Shown here piece by piece: positions 25,541-38,922 of a DNA stretch of 64,000 nt. Position 1 is the first letter of the stretch, and every line of letters starts with the position of its first letter. Source of the DNA: Amoebophrya sp. A120 (Eukaryota; Protista; Dinoflagellata); NCBI GenBank assembly GCA_905178155.1, contig CAJINV010000003.1:2189065-2253064 (forward strand), in the 5' to 3' direction. Below the pieces are notes generated by a model that worked only from the letters and a program-made list of their open reading frames with translations, had not been told where the DNA came from and did no database searches. The position numbers and the translations under genes were made by a program.

Positions 25541-26223
25541 GATCGATGTTGGCCCGCAAGTTGCGATGGATGGAAAAATTACTCAAAAAAGTCAATCCGT
25601 GCCGTTTCGTTGCAAGGGATGAGTTTGGAACAGACAATGAGAAAGCCTTTTCGTGTCGCAAACAACAAATTGCATTCCTTTCTATTCAGCGGATGATGAA
25701 ACACGTACATTAAACACAAAAACTGCAACCAGCAACGCAAGAGAGGCTGAAGCCAACACACTCGTCGCCTGCAAAATGCAGAAGGAGATCCCGCGTGTTT
25801 CTGGAACAATAACTTAAGAAAAAAATGCGCACGCGCAGGAACAACAATTTTTGCTCTTCCACAAAGTGTCGGGAAGCTTCTCCATAATAGATAGTTAAAC
25901 TCGACAGGGATGTGCCGTGCGAAGTATGAAGGTGGAATAAAGTGGGGTGGAAAAGGTAGTACATAGCTACCATGAAACAGGAAATAGCGTCGGGAGAGTC
26001 GCGGGTCCACGCACCAATTACTGGCGCAGTGATTTCGATATAAAACCGTATGTCAATTCTGTTTGTCTTTCAAATTGAATGTGCGTAATCTGTGATCGAC
26101 GGCAAAAGCAGACCCACCTTACCTTGAAGAACTCAAGCGTGAACACTCGAGGAATCAGGTGCATCAGGAAACAGCAGGAATTGGTTCCCGGACCGAAAGA
26201 ACGCTTGAAAATCCGCACAGTGT

Positions 26224-29200
26224 TTATTCTGGCGGTGGAGGCGGCGGGGGTGGAACGCCCTCGTCACCCTCGCGGGAAACCCTTTCGCTACCGCTGCCAC
26301 TGTCCCGTGCCCGCAACTGCTGCATCAGCTCCACCTGCTTTTGCGCGTTGTAGGCAATCTGTGCCTGTATCTGTGCCTGCGCTTGGTACTGCTGAATCAC
26401 TTGCAAGTTGTAGGCGTTCACCTGGGCCTGCTGGATCATTTGCTGTTGGATCGCCGCCTGGATAAGAGGGTCGGTCGTGGAAGAGGCCGCGGCATTTGCG
26501 ACTTGACTCGTCGGGTCGAACGTAAAGGGATTACTGGCGGCATTTTGTGAAAAGCCAGCAAACGCAGCCTGCTGCTGCTGTTGTTGCAACAGCAACTGCT
26601 GGCTCGGATCCATAGCAGTAGTACTTCCCGACGGAGTCATAGCGGTGGCACAACCGAAGGGCGCGTTCAAATGAAGTTGCGCCGGCGGTGATCCGGCAAC
26701 CGAGGGCGCGCCATGCTGCGACGACCCAGCGACGGCATTCTGCATTCCAAGTTCCTCCTCGTGTTCCGGTTCAGGCCTTTCCTCTACAACTGGTTGCCCG
26801 TCCACATCGCCGAACGTGTGCTGCCGTGGCGGGGGATCTTGATCACTTGTGAAGGGGTTGCTTGGGTTTGCCCGGTGCTGTCGTGGCGGAAACTCCACGT
26901 CTTCTTGCTGCTGCGCGGCTGCTGCCGGGGAGGGTGCGACGTGTCCAGGTACGATGAGCATCCTAGTTGTTCGTTGTTGAGCAGCTCCCGTGCCGTGATG
27001 TTCGTTTTCTGCAAGAAGGGCAGCTCGCATCTCCTGTTCGCGCTGTTGCGCAATCATCTGGGAAGGAGGAAACCGCGGACCCGCGGAACTTGCCTTCGGC
27101 GTCGGCGGTCGCAGAGGACCCGCCGTCGCTCGTCCTGGAAACGGGGTTTTCAATACGAGCAAGGCTTGGTTGTCCCCGTGCCCAGGCGGCGCGGGTAGGA
27201 CCTGGAAAAACGCGGAAAAAGGCCCACGGCAAAACTGGGCGTATCCCTCGTGGCGCTTCTTCACGTGGGCCTTGATGGGGTCTTGGCCCAGGGCAGAGTT
27301 CTGCACCACCCGACTCAAGTAGGCGTAGTAGGCCTGGCCTCGGCCAGCATCGTACACGTCCGGGCGCGCTGGTGTTTCAATCGATTGCTTCATAACCTGC
27401 GCGGTCACCGCGTGGAGACTCCGGGAGACAGGATTCTGGCCTTCCTTCTGGAGCTGCGTCACCAGTTCCCAGCACGCCTGCCAGTCCAGCTCGGTGAATT
27501 TCTCCCGTGCCAGCTGCATCGTCGGTCCAACTCCCCCACCAGAAGGCCGCACAGCCGCTTTCCGAAGGGTGGCAGAGTACTGCTTGGGAAGCGCCCTTCT
27601 CACAGCGTCTTCGTAGCTGGGCCCTGGGAAGCTCGGCGCGTTTCTTGAGTCAAACAGCTGGCCGTCCTCGGAAATAGTCAGGGAGCTCGCGTTGCGAATC
27701 AGGCTGCGTTCCTCACCGACGCCAGGCGTTGTGGATCCGTCGCCGCCAGCGTTGCTTGGCGTTGGCTGTCTATTTCCGTTAGTACCAGGAATTGGCACCG
27801 GGAGAACGCCAGTGGATGTTCGAGTGTTACGCTCGGGCTCGTCGTTTTTCATCAAGAGCCCAGGGGGCTCCGGCATAGTCAGCGGCGGCGCTTCCAGCTG
27901 CTCATGCTCGGCGTACCCCTCAGCGTATTCTCGCTCTTCCTGGATGGCTTCTCCATACCTGGATAATGCAGCACTCACCACGTGGTGAAAATCAAGGAGC
28001 AGACACTTGCCAACCGCCTTAGAGCCGATTTCGATCACAACGATTTATTTCTTATGTCGATCGCATAGAAGCAGAATGCAAATTCATCATGGCACATGAC
28101 GCTACTCATGAAGGCTGCAGCATCCTGTAGGGATCAGAAAAACGTTGCCAGTGGTGCGTAATTTTTCCTGTGTCTCGAAATTAATTTGGTTTTCATATAT
28201 AGTTTTAGTTCTTTCTTTGTTCCTTCATGAATCGACAAACGTAGAGACGACGAGTTCCATCTTCTCGGTCTCCTGTTAACCGATTACACCTCACAACATT
28301 TGCGGCAAGCATGTATTTTCCCTGCTTCTTACAGCCTCTGATGTGTGTGATGGAAAAAAAACAACATATTGTGACTGTGGCAGGTGTCCAAGCTCATATC
28401 TAGCGCGTGCGAGATTGTTATCTTCCCGATGTTGTGCACCTGCATCGACATCCTCAGCACTGCGGAAAGCATCGTACAGATTGCCGCTAGAACTGGACGC
28501 ACTGGACCTTCTCGTCTCCTCTTGGTTTGTTGCACGTGTCTGCACCGGGTCAAAAATGGGACCTCCTGTCACCGGCTCCAGCGCAGAGTAGGAAATGAGA
28601 TTGCTCTTTTGCTTGACTTCGAGTAGTCCTTGCAAAAGCTCAACCTCCTTCGGGTCTGCTTTTGAAGAACTTGGTCCCGCCGTTGTATTATTTTCCGCAC
28701 CACCCGCTGGCGTTCTTCCCCCTTGTCGTCCACCTCCACTTGCGGTAGCATTACTACTAGCTGCAGCTGCGTTCTTTGGACGACGTTCTTTTACAGGCAA
28801 GGCTTGAGTGTTCTTGTCCTTGTGATCTGTGTCCTCCGCCGCCGCGACGTCCGTCCCGGTGGCGCGATCCTTTGCCTCCTGTATTTTTTGGTCCACTATC
28901 TTCAACATTTCCTCGACTTCGTTCTCTTCTTGCTGGATCTTCTTCGTGCGCTTTTTCCCCTCCTCGCGGTCGATGAAACCATCCTGAATGTCCTTGAGCA
29001 CATTGTCCTGCTCCTTGTCGAGATCTTCCTGCTTTTTCTTCAGCTTTTCCTTTTCCTTCTTCAATTTGAAGACCTCGGCTAAGTCGCCCTCCGGCTGCTC
29101 CTGGAGGGGATCGTAGTCCTGGTCCGCGTTACTCGATTCCTCTGTGTCGTCGACATTGTCGTCGAACTCGCCTCCGTCGAAGGCCTTTTTCCCGCGTCCC

Positions 29201-32200
29201 GTCTGCAACGAAGATGTTGAGCCCGCCCCCGCGGCTTGTTTTGCTGACTTGGACTTGGTCTTTTTCGCCCCCATATTGGGGAACGCGAGCTGCCCCACGC
29301 TCGACGTGCCGGCGCCCGCAGGAGGCTTCATCTTGTTCAACATCTTCCTACTCCCCCCCTCACTGCCCGACGAGAGTACCCCGGGCGGGAACGCTAGGGC
29401 AGCAAGGTCAGCCGGACTGCGCGCCGCAGCTGCTGCTCCCCCGGTTGACGAGGAGGAGGAACTTGCAATCACGACTTGCTGCTCGGGTACTGCAAATCCG
29501 ACCATTCTGTCCGTCATGTTCACGGGCGCCTGCTGGGGTGGAGGCACCTGCTGGGGAAACAGGTTATCGATGTTGAGAGACGTCGGAGGCGGTGCGGTGT
29601 TCGTTTGACCGCCGGACAGCCCAGTGCGAAGCCAGTCCGCCCACTCCTTCTCCGAGTACGAGCGGTCCATTGAATCTTGCTGCTGGGAAGGCATCGTCGT
29701 GGAGCTGCTGCTTGTTGCCGTGTTTGATGATCCTGTTCCTGCCGGAAGCTGCAGATTCGTGCCCACAGAGGCGAACATGGCGTTGCTGCCGAGCAGAAAC
29801 TGCTTGGCGATGTCTTGTGCACTGCTAGGCGTTGGTCCGCCTCCAATGGGAGTGATGCCGCCAGTGCCGGCGGGAGAAGTGCTCGACGTGCTGGTGCCGG
29901 CAGACTGGTTATTAAACACCTGGTAGTTTACGCCGGAAGCAGACAAGCTCGTCGAAGGACACGCGAACGAGGTGTCGCCTCGCAGCAATTGCAGGGTTTC
30001 GCGCTGCTTACCCCCGTCCTTTCCGACACACAGCTGGTGAAACAGCTTCATTGTGGCTCGCTGAGTGGTGTCAAGCACCTTCTTTCTTACACCTAGCATG
30101 AACTGCTTCGATTTGGGGTTGTCTGGCAGCGCCATGCTCAGATCCCACACGGTCTTCACGTCTGGGTTATTGTTCAGCAGTTCCTGCAGTTCGTGCCGGG
30201 CAACTTCTTTCGCAAGTTTCTGCAGAGGCAAAGGCTCGAGGATTTGTCTCAGCCACTCCCGCATTTGACTGAACTCGCGGTTTTGCACGCGGCTCAGGAA
30301 CCGCATCCGAAACATCTCCAAGTCTTGCCGAATGCACTTCGCGGCTTCAGGCTGTATGGAGTTTGGATTTTTGGCTTGTCGTTCGTAAATTGTTTTGTAC
30401 AGCAGGAAAAGGACCTAGATCTATTTGGTAGAACTACGTACTTTTTCATGCAGAAAAAGAGAAACGGACGTCTTTCAAAATTCGCATGCGCTGACCTGCT
30501 GACTCTGTGTTGATGCGTCCTCGCGATTATTGGTTTCATGGCTGTAGAAGACAAAATATACCTGCTTGTTTTCTCGGAGAAGTGTGTGCAGCTCCTTGAC
30601 GGCCGCAACTGCGTCATTTTTGAGCACCTTCTTCAATGTCTGCAAAATACGGAGCGTGTTCGTGTGCGCACCTTCCATAGTGCCGGGTTTGAGAGCAAGC
30701 TCGTCGTCGGGATGGGGGGTATTGAACAATCGCTTTATGAGTGGCATCGAGAAGGTGATGACGTCAAGGTCTCGCAGTCTCTTCAGCATCGTAACCACGG
30801 TTAACTCCTCCGGGAATTGGCTCGCTGGGCAAAACACGGTCTTCGCATGGAGCTCGTCTCCTTCCAGAGCCTGCAGCTGCGCTTCGAATGACTCGCAGAG
30901 CGCGCAAAATTCGCTTTCCAGGGGCGGAATCTCGGGAGCAGGGGGCACAACCACCGCGGGTTGTTCGTGATGTTGCGGAACCATATTAACCGTTTGGTGT
31001 TGAACCTCCGCGATGTTGTTAATTCCATCATGCGACAACCCGGGTGGCAGCATGCCATGCGGCGAAAAAGCCGCGCTGGTACTGTGCGAAAGCCCACTGG
31101 GGTCCACCAAAACCCCAGCGGAGTTCAGGCTGCTGCTGCTGTTCATCAGATGCGGAGGCGCAGTGGCGTCGGCGGAGTGGCTAGTTGCACGGCTGAGCGA
31201 GTCGTGCTGCGGCGCTCCAGGAGCCATCAAGACGGGAAGCACCTGGTCGGTTCTCAGGAGAGTGCCCACAACGGGATCCATCCCGCCGGATTGCTGGCGC
31301 TCCAGCACCGGCAGTGCGGTCGGATCGAAAGCCTGCTGCTCGCCTTGGACCGTAGTCGCCATTGAGGGAGATTTGTTCAGCGACTTCACCTATCAAATGT
31401 AAAAATGTCTGGGTCTGGAAGGTCGCTACTTGTCATGCTGTTTTTGGATTCTAGGAAAATTTGTCTTGCATGACCAGCAAGAGGGTTGCAGTTTGTGCTA
31501 CGCGGACAGGGCATTTCTCATGCGGAAGGCGCATCAGGAAGTCCTCTAAAAGTCTGTGATGCTAGGTCGTGCATTACAGGCATCATTGGCCATGAAAAAT
31601 ATGCATGACAAATCTTGCATTCTTCCAGACCCAGACATTTTTACATTTGATATCACCATCGACGGCGGAATCGAGGCGGCCTTCACCGCTTTGGCCCCCT
31701 ATTGTGAGGAAAAATCCCCCCTCCCCATACCAAACCGGGACACTTCTGAAAATTTGTGATGCAGATTCTACGGGCGGTCTGTCATGCTGTTGCTCCTACA
31801 GCGTAGACTTCTGCCATGCTAAGCGCCTAGGCCAAAACTTGTCTACTCAGGCCTGATATGGGCCTGCAGTCCTCGCCAGCAAGACAAATCTGATTTGTGA
31901 ACTCAAATACAGCATCACAAATTTCGTTTTCGATATGGGGAGGGGGGATTTTTCCTTTCGATACCCCCTGAACCTTCTTTTTTTCCGTCTCCCCAACGGT
32001 AGTTGCGGCATGGTCCACTTCGACCTTCTTGTTCGATGCCGTACTACCAGAGGAGGCTGTAGTCTTCAAAGTTGCCCACGGTGGAGGGGTGCGGTCGAAT
32101 GCCTTCTCTTTTTCCGCGCTGTTCGTCTTCTCCACGACACTCGTCGGCGGAGCCACACCATAACTCTTGTAGATCTTGGCAATCTGAAAATTTATCATAG

Positions 32201-33216
32201 CTTTTCATGTTGACGACAACCTCGGGATGCTGCTGGGAGAGGATTCCCGGCCCCTCCAGGGGGCAGGGGCTCCAGGAGTTTTATTGATCATCGCAGTGTA
32301 TCGAATTTATGAGTGCACTGTTTTCTAAAGTTCCGGGAAGTAGTTGCAGACCATCAAAACTCAAACAAGCATGCGCGTTACCTTGGCCTGCAGACCCTCT
32401 TCAACCTTCGACTCATATTGCACGGCGTCGGCGAAAAAACCGCGGGAATTGTTTGATCTAATTTTGAACCAGACCCCTACTTCGAGGGTTTGTGGCAAAT
32501 GCATAACCGACTGCAGGAGCTGGTCGAAGTGTTGCATCGCCGCTTCCTTGCCTTCTTTGAAGTCCGCGGCACTTACTGCCAGCGCACGAACGGTAGAGCA
32601 AGTCATGTGGTCCAGGTCCACCAAAAACCCCGACCGCTGGAACTTTTCCTGCGCCCCAGCTATGGTGAACGTCGATTGCTGAGCAGCACTCGCGCCAACA
32701 AACACATGATTGCCCACCAAATCGATCTTCAGTACCCCGTACACATTCAGTTTCTTCCTCTCCAGTTCGTTCAAAGTCGGTCGGTCGCGTCGAAGCGCAG
32801 CTCTAGCAGGGTCGAAATCGCTCTTCGGAAAGGCGTCCCCGTGGTCCGCTCGGATCCTGTCCACTTATGGATTGCAAATATGTCTGGGTCTGGAAGCCTG
32901 TGATGCTGGTTGGCGAATCCTGAGGACGCCACAAGTGACGGCTCAGCATGACAAGTTTCTGACTTGCTAGGTGTTGCGTATTCTGCATCACAAACCACGT
33001 TTCGGCATGACAGAAAAGTGGGGCTTTTCGGTAACGAGCATGACAGACTTTGGGGTCATGCTGGCACAGCATGACAGACCTTCCATTCTTCCAGACCCAG
33101 ACACTTTTACAATCCATACCACTGCTTTCTGAGCAACGAGGGCATCATTTTTCATTGCAGTAGGGGTCGTACCGACGTCCGTATCCTGCTTCGCGGGCGG
33201 CTGTATTGGAAGTTCT
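26224..33216 (-). CDS. Very large multi-exon hypothetical protein (low-complexity Gln/Ser/Pro, coiled coils); may be continuous with the 33679-37114 locus
   Basis: Same-strand ORFs 32361-32864, 31827-32198, 30475-31389, 28291-30321 and 26224-28038. In-frame joins across three TIR elements (QKAV|DRIRA; KVQG|AKAV...SMV|KSLNK) and a GT-AG intron (ENKQ|PEAAK). Confidence 0.6.
31391..31652. mobile_element. TIR introner, family A
   Basis: Perfect 31-bp TIR tatcaaatgtaaaaatgtctgggtctggaag; TSD tcacc. Confidence 0.93.
31700..31963. mobile_element. TIR introner, family C
   Basis: TIR tattgtgaggaaaaatcccccctccccata / tatggggaggggggatttttcctttcgata; TSD ccccc. Confidence 0.92.
32866..33118. mobile_element. 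TIR introner, family A
   Basis: TIR tatggattgcaaatatgtctgggtctggaag / cttccagacccagacacttttacaatccata; TSD ccact. Confidence 0.92.
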
Positions 33217-33678
33217 TAGTTTTTCATACACTTCACTTTCGTCGCGAACGAGAACTAGAGCTGTTCCCGAAGCAGCGATGAAAGGAAGAAAGGGAAAAAT
33301 GGCTCCGAAGGGCCGAAAAGGAAAACCATATCAAACATCCGACCACCCAAGCAACCCCTGGGCCTGAAAATTGAGTCAGCGTCGAAGCAGAAGCGTGCCC
33401 CTAAAAAAAAGTGGAAAAGCTGGCGACACCGAGAGAATGAAACAAAAGCCTTTTCGCAAGACCAGTTGTGTTCTGCTCTGAAGAAAGCCAACCTCCTCTG
33501 GCCAGAACCACCAGAAAGAGCCGTGAAGCCCGGACATGTTCTGGTTCTTTTTTGAAAAGACAAAGACTAATACTGATGAGCAGACAACGAATCCCTCAAG
33601 AGCTGCAAACAACGCATGCAAACCCGGCCTGGTGAGATGTGACGCGTTAGCTGGGCCGTCTATTTCATCTCGCTGCCA

Positions 33679-36600
33679 TCAAAAACAAAACGAAATAAAA
33701 GCTTTTATCATCACAAGTACCAGAGTCTTTGGCTTGGAGGCTGCCTGCTCCCAGACATCGTCGTCCTGAGGACTTCCTTTCTCGTCCGACACAGAGCCCG
33801 TTGGTTTGCTGGTCGTTGCCCACGCACGAACCGGAGACGTTTTCTTGCGGTCCTGTTCGGCGATTTTCGCCCCGGCAGCAGCGCTGCCTTTCGGTCCTGG
33901 AGACTTGCCATACAGACCCGTTTTATTTTTCGCCGGCTTCGCCTTCTCTTTTGTCCCTTTTGTTTCAGGGTTCTCTTCTGGCAGAGAACCGCTACTCTTG
34001 AGCGACTTTTTGGTCTTCTCCACATCCTCCTGATCATATCTTACTTTGCTCGGCTCCCGCTCTCGCTTACCCTTCTTTGTCTCCCGGTCCAACAGTTCGT
34101 GTGCAGCATCGCTTTTCATCTTCCCGGAATCGCGAGTAGACGGCGGCTTTTCTTTGTCCTTGTCTTTGTCCGGCGCCCGGGAGTCGTGCTCTGCGTCTCT
34201 ATCCCTTTTTATCTTACTTGGCGAACGTGGTCTGCGTGGCCGCACGTTGCTTGGCGACCGGCCTCGGTCGCGTATCTTACTGGAAGAGCGACTGCGCTTC
34301 CTCTCTCGGAGTTTGCTCGCAGACTTGCGCCTCGTTCGAGTCTTCGCAAGATCCGCTCGCTCCCGCGGAACTGGACTGCGCTTCCCCTCCGAAGATGCGA
34401 GCTCGTAGTCGAGCCCCCACTCTTTCTTGGCCCGGGGCGTAGCAGTTCTTCGTTCTCGAGAATCCTTCTCAACACCGCCGCGGCGCTCGCCTCGGTCGCG
34501 TTTCTTTTCCTTTGTGCGGCCCCGCGACCTGCGGCGCTCCCGACTCTCGTCGTTCCGTTGGCGAGGACTGGCATGATGATCTCGCTTCCGGCTGCTGTCG
34601 CGTTTGCGATCCTTCTTGCGTCGCCCACCGCTCCGCGACCTCTCCGTTGCGGGCGTACGAGCCCGCGAGCTACTTCTCTTCTTGCGAGCTTTTGGTGTCC
34701 GCGAGCGTGACCGCCTTTCTTTCGCCGCCTTTGGTGGTCGAGCAGGACTCGCCCTGTCTCTAGTACTCTCAAGAACAGCAGGTAGTTTTACTTGTTGCAC
34801 CACGACCTCGGAGTTCTTCTTGCGCTTCGATTGTAGTTCTTGCGGCACGTCCTCTTTCCTTGCAGTTATTTCCGTCGGCGTAGCGAGCTTTGGCTTTTTC
34901 GGAAGCACGCCTGTTTCTTCGTTCCTATAAAAATCATCGTCACGTCGCGCTGACCGTGCATCAGGACTACTGCTTGCTGCTGGAGGTGGGCGCTTCCTTA
35001 CGGAAGATCGCCCGTCATCTGGCACCACCTTCTGTCGCTGTGAAAACAACGAGGTCTTCTGCGTTTTAGCCTCCTGCTCCGCACCCAAATCCGAGGAGGA
35101 GCCGCGAACCCTTGGAGGTGGTCCGGTCTTGCCGAACGAGGCTTTCGCTTTCGGCACGATGATTCCCCGGGCCCTGTTGTCCTGCTCCTCGATGAGCGCA
35201 CGGATTCTTTCCACATCGTAGTGTCTACTTTCCGCGATGGCGTTTTCCATCGACTGTTTCTTGAACAGCGCAGGAAGCCGGCCCACGCCCTCGAAGGGAT
35301 TGTCACTTTGTCCTTGTATGTAGGTCTCGTCCTGGGTTGCCCGCTGCACAAACTTGATCACTTCCTCGTCTCGCCATTTCCTCCGGCCGTACACTTCCCG
35401 CTTCTGTGCCCACTTCCTCTTCCAATCTTTCCCGGCCGCGGCGCTCCTTTCCAAACAGTGGCATGCTGTTGGGTCGAATTTGTCAAAGTTGACTTTCACG
35501 CTTGCTGCCCCGTAGAAGGGGGCAGCCGTCCGAAAAACCCTCTCCGCAAAATATTCCTCGTGGATGGTGGCACGCGAGGTCTTAGTAGTCTTGTTGTTCT
35601 CGATCTTCACCTTAAGAGCAGACAAGTCGATGAGGTCCATGGGAACGGCCCGAATTTCCAGGATCCCTGCAGCAAGCTGGAGCAACAGCTCCTCCGCCTG
35701 TCCCTCACTTATCTCTTCGTTCACGTCGTATACTCTACCCGGCGCAAGAATCTCGTCGCAAGCTTCCTTTGCGTATGAAGCGGAAATAAATCGCTCCCCA
35801 ATAAAGCCGGATCATGCAGCACAGCTACTGTTCCTGGCCTTCTTTAAGGACCCAAGTCATCTTGCCGGTGCGTCGATAATGCAAATGGATTGATTTCTAG
35901 TTTCATGTCCCAAAACGATGCACATTCAGAAAAAGCGAGGGCTTCTGGTCCTATGCAAAGAAAAATGAAAAAAGATTTGCTGTACAACAACTCTTCGTAT
36001 TTTTTCGATGCCCACGATGAAAATAGTGACAAGGGGAGCGTGTAGTTTCCCGTTTTCTTAGCACGATTGTCTCGTAGGCTATCGTCCGAAAAAACTGTCT
36101 CAGTCTCAAACCTCTGCAGTTTCAGCATTATAGATTTCGTCAGCATGACACGCAAAATCTGTGATGCGTCAGATGCAAGGGAAAACTAAACTGTCTCAAG
36201 AAAGTTCCGCATCACAACTTGAGACTGAGACAGTTTTTTCTCAGGATATAAGCCTCGCGCTTTTCCGCGTCGCTTTTGTCCGGGTCTATCAAATCATCGT
36301 CCATGGCCGCCCTCTTCAAGGCAACGACTAGCCCGTCGAGGAAGCCCGCATAGCCCCCCACCGGTTCGTTCTCCGCTCCAGTACTGGATGTGAACAACCT
36401 GCTTTCGCAACTGTCCCGGTACACCATTATCAGCAAGCGCAGCGCATCCTCCCAAAACTCGTCGCAACTTCGCCACGGCACGATCTTCACATCGGTGCTA
36501 CTGGTCACCTGCGAGGCGGCGCTCCCTGGTGGCACTTGCTGTTGTTCCACTGCCTTCGGGCGTCGAGTTGTAGTGTCATCAGGGACCACTTGTTGCGACC

Positions 36601-37114
36601 CGGAACTTGTTGCAGCATTCGGGAGCTTATTTCTCTTGAGTTGTTGCGCATGACCTTCCTCTTGACCAGTGGTTCTCAAATTATTAGCGACGTTGTTCAG
36701 TGGTTGTTCGTAATCTTGTGTCTTCGCTTTTCGCGGTTTCAAATGAACCTCCTCCGGGCGTTTCTGTGCAGGACTTTGATAACGTGGCTTCAATGAGATG
36801 CTACTGCTGGATTGCTGCTGGTCTTGTTTCTTCTCCTCGGTAGTTTTATCATGTACTATTTTCGCGGAGGGAAGGACGTTTTTGATACTGCCAGGTTTTG
36901 GGGCAGGTTTTCTGCCTTCGTCTTCACCCGGTGAGTCATCACCGGCGAAACGAACGCTTTTGGTTTGCACTTTGGAAGCCTTCTTTTCAACAGCCGGCAC
37001 GCTGCCATTTTTTGGGACCGAGCTTTTTGTTTTGATCTCCAGTGGAATCAGGGCGGGCGGCTTCCCTTTTGGGATCGCCTTCGAGAATGCACCGCCCACT
37101 GCTTTTTTTGACAT
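33679..37114 (-). CDS. Multi-exon Lys/Arg/Ser-rich (RS-like) hypothetical protein
   Basis: ORFs 36212-37114 (300 aa) and 33679-35724 (681 aa, RSRS/RDR repeats); exon structure between 35724 and 36080 unresolved. Confidence 0.6.
36080..36248. mobile_element. TIR introner, family G
   Basis: TIR tatcgtccgaaaaaactgtctcagtctcaa / ttgagactgagacagttttttctcaggata; imperfect TSD taggc/taagc. Confidence 0.88.
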
Positions 37115-38922
37115 CTTCGCGAGGGACCCACACAGGTTCGATGATTTTCGTTCAGGAACTTCTTTTTATTACCACGCCTTGCGCATTGCCGCTCTCCTCG
37201 TCTCGTCCCTGGTGAAGGCCATCCTTGTACCAACTATGATTGTTTGTGTGCTCGTATTCGCTTATGATGAAATAGTGTGTCCCACAGGGACCGGTCTCGT
37301 TGATGAAGATACTGACATTTTTGCACTTGGTGCAAGTCGCCTGGCACGACCCTGTTTCAACTGGCTATGATTTTCATTTTGGTGAGGAAAAAACGCTGCG
37401 CCCGAGAAGGAACATTTTGAGGTCTTTCTTGATTAACTACTCTGTGATCAACATTGAAGATTTTTTGCCCCGTCGTGTCTGTCTTCCCCAGTAATTCGAC
37501 GTATTTCATGTGTCGGCTCTTCCCCGCTACGTGATGTGAAGAAAGCTCGTACTTACTTAACACCTCGGAGCCTGTCTCGAAGCGCCAGGGCGCCCGTAGC
37601 GCTGTTTATTTGTTGCGATCATCATCATCCTAGTTGGGGGGAAAAGAGGTCACTCTTCTTTCATCGCGCGCATGAACACGTAGCTGATAGCAAGCGACGC
37701 GATGTCACATGAGCACCAAGGGGAAGTGCAGCTATTTTGATCAAAATCTGACTTGCGGTAGAAGAAACCGCAAGCACCTATTTACGCAAGTCGAAACATA
37801 TATCGCGCACGAGCCCGGGTGGACACGCACACACGTCCTCGTCAAACTGGCTGAGCTTATGACGATCGCAATCAATGCTGATCGCAATCCAATGGCCTCA
37901 GCAGCGCACCAACTAGTGCAAGTGCTGTGTAACCACAACAAATAAATTTTCTGCACAGTGGGTTCGGGTGTGAAATGCACCACACATCAACCCCACACTT
38001 TGTAGTACAGAAGCGACAGCTTCGCGTTTGACGAGAGAAGGTGGTGTCGCGTCGTTGGGGCCGGAAAAGGAGGATATGAAAATGAAATTTCAAATAGAAA
38101 ATGAAAGCTGCTTTGAAATTTCAAATAGATTTTGATCGTTGTTTTGAAAACGGGGTATTTGGTCTCTCAAATAGATCTTGCTGCGGGAGTGGAACGCAAT
38201 GATTTTGAGAACAAAGGGCAACTGCAACTTACTGCGAATTTCAATCTTGGTAGCGCACGCGCTAAACGCATGGAACTGAGGTCCGCGATCGTGCAGAAAA
38301 TGCCATGTATTATTTCGAGTGAATTGTATTTGTACTGGTATTTTTATTCTTCTTCATTCATTGTTGGGAGAGTCTGGAAGGAGTCATAAACCTATTGCAC
38401 ATCATGAACCAGTACAAAAGAAGCGCAGGTGCAGGGGTACTACAACATATTGTATGATTCACGCAATGGATCTTGAATAGTGGAAATCATCGCAATCCTT
38501 GGCAAGAATGTTGACGAGGGTTCGGGGGAGGGGATCAGAATGCTTTCTCAAAACTCCATGTACAAGCAGGGTATGCGTGCACATGACGGTTTTTATGCAG
38601 TCGTCGGATACTACACAGATCTGAATGCGCACGAAAAACTCTCATCACACGTGATGTCGAGATGATTTGTTCGCGCACGATTCAGGACAAAAAGGTAAGC
38701 AAAATGCAGAAGGTTCTTTCTAACAAACATGATGTTGTGTCGTCCTACCACGTGCGTGGAGCAGGGCGCCAAAATGCTACTTGAACATGAGCCATTACTG
38801 TACAAAAACGGAAATTCTTCTAACTATGGTTGATAAATCTGTAAGCAAAATTCCAGGAACTCTCGTATTGAAAGTCGATCCTTGTGCTCTAAAAACAGCA
38901 CAAGTACAACTCGGTATACTTA

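Noticed and set aside
37400-38900. Possible transposase or plus-strand gene in the gap between genes
   Set aside because: Only short ORFs, with no recognisable catalytic motif or TIR/TSD.
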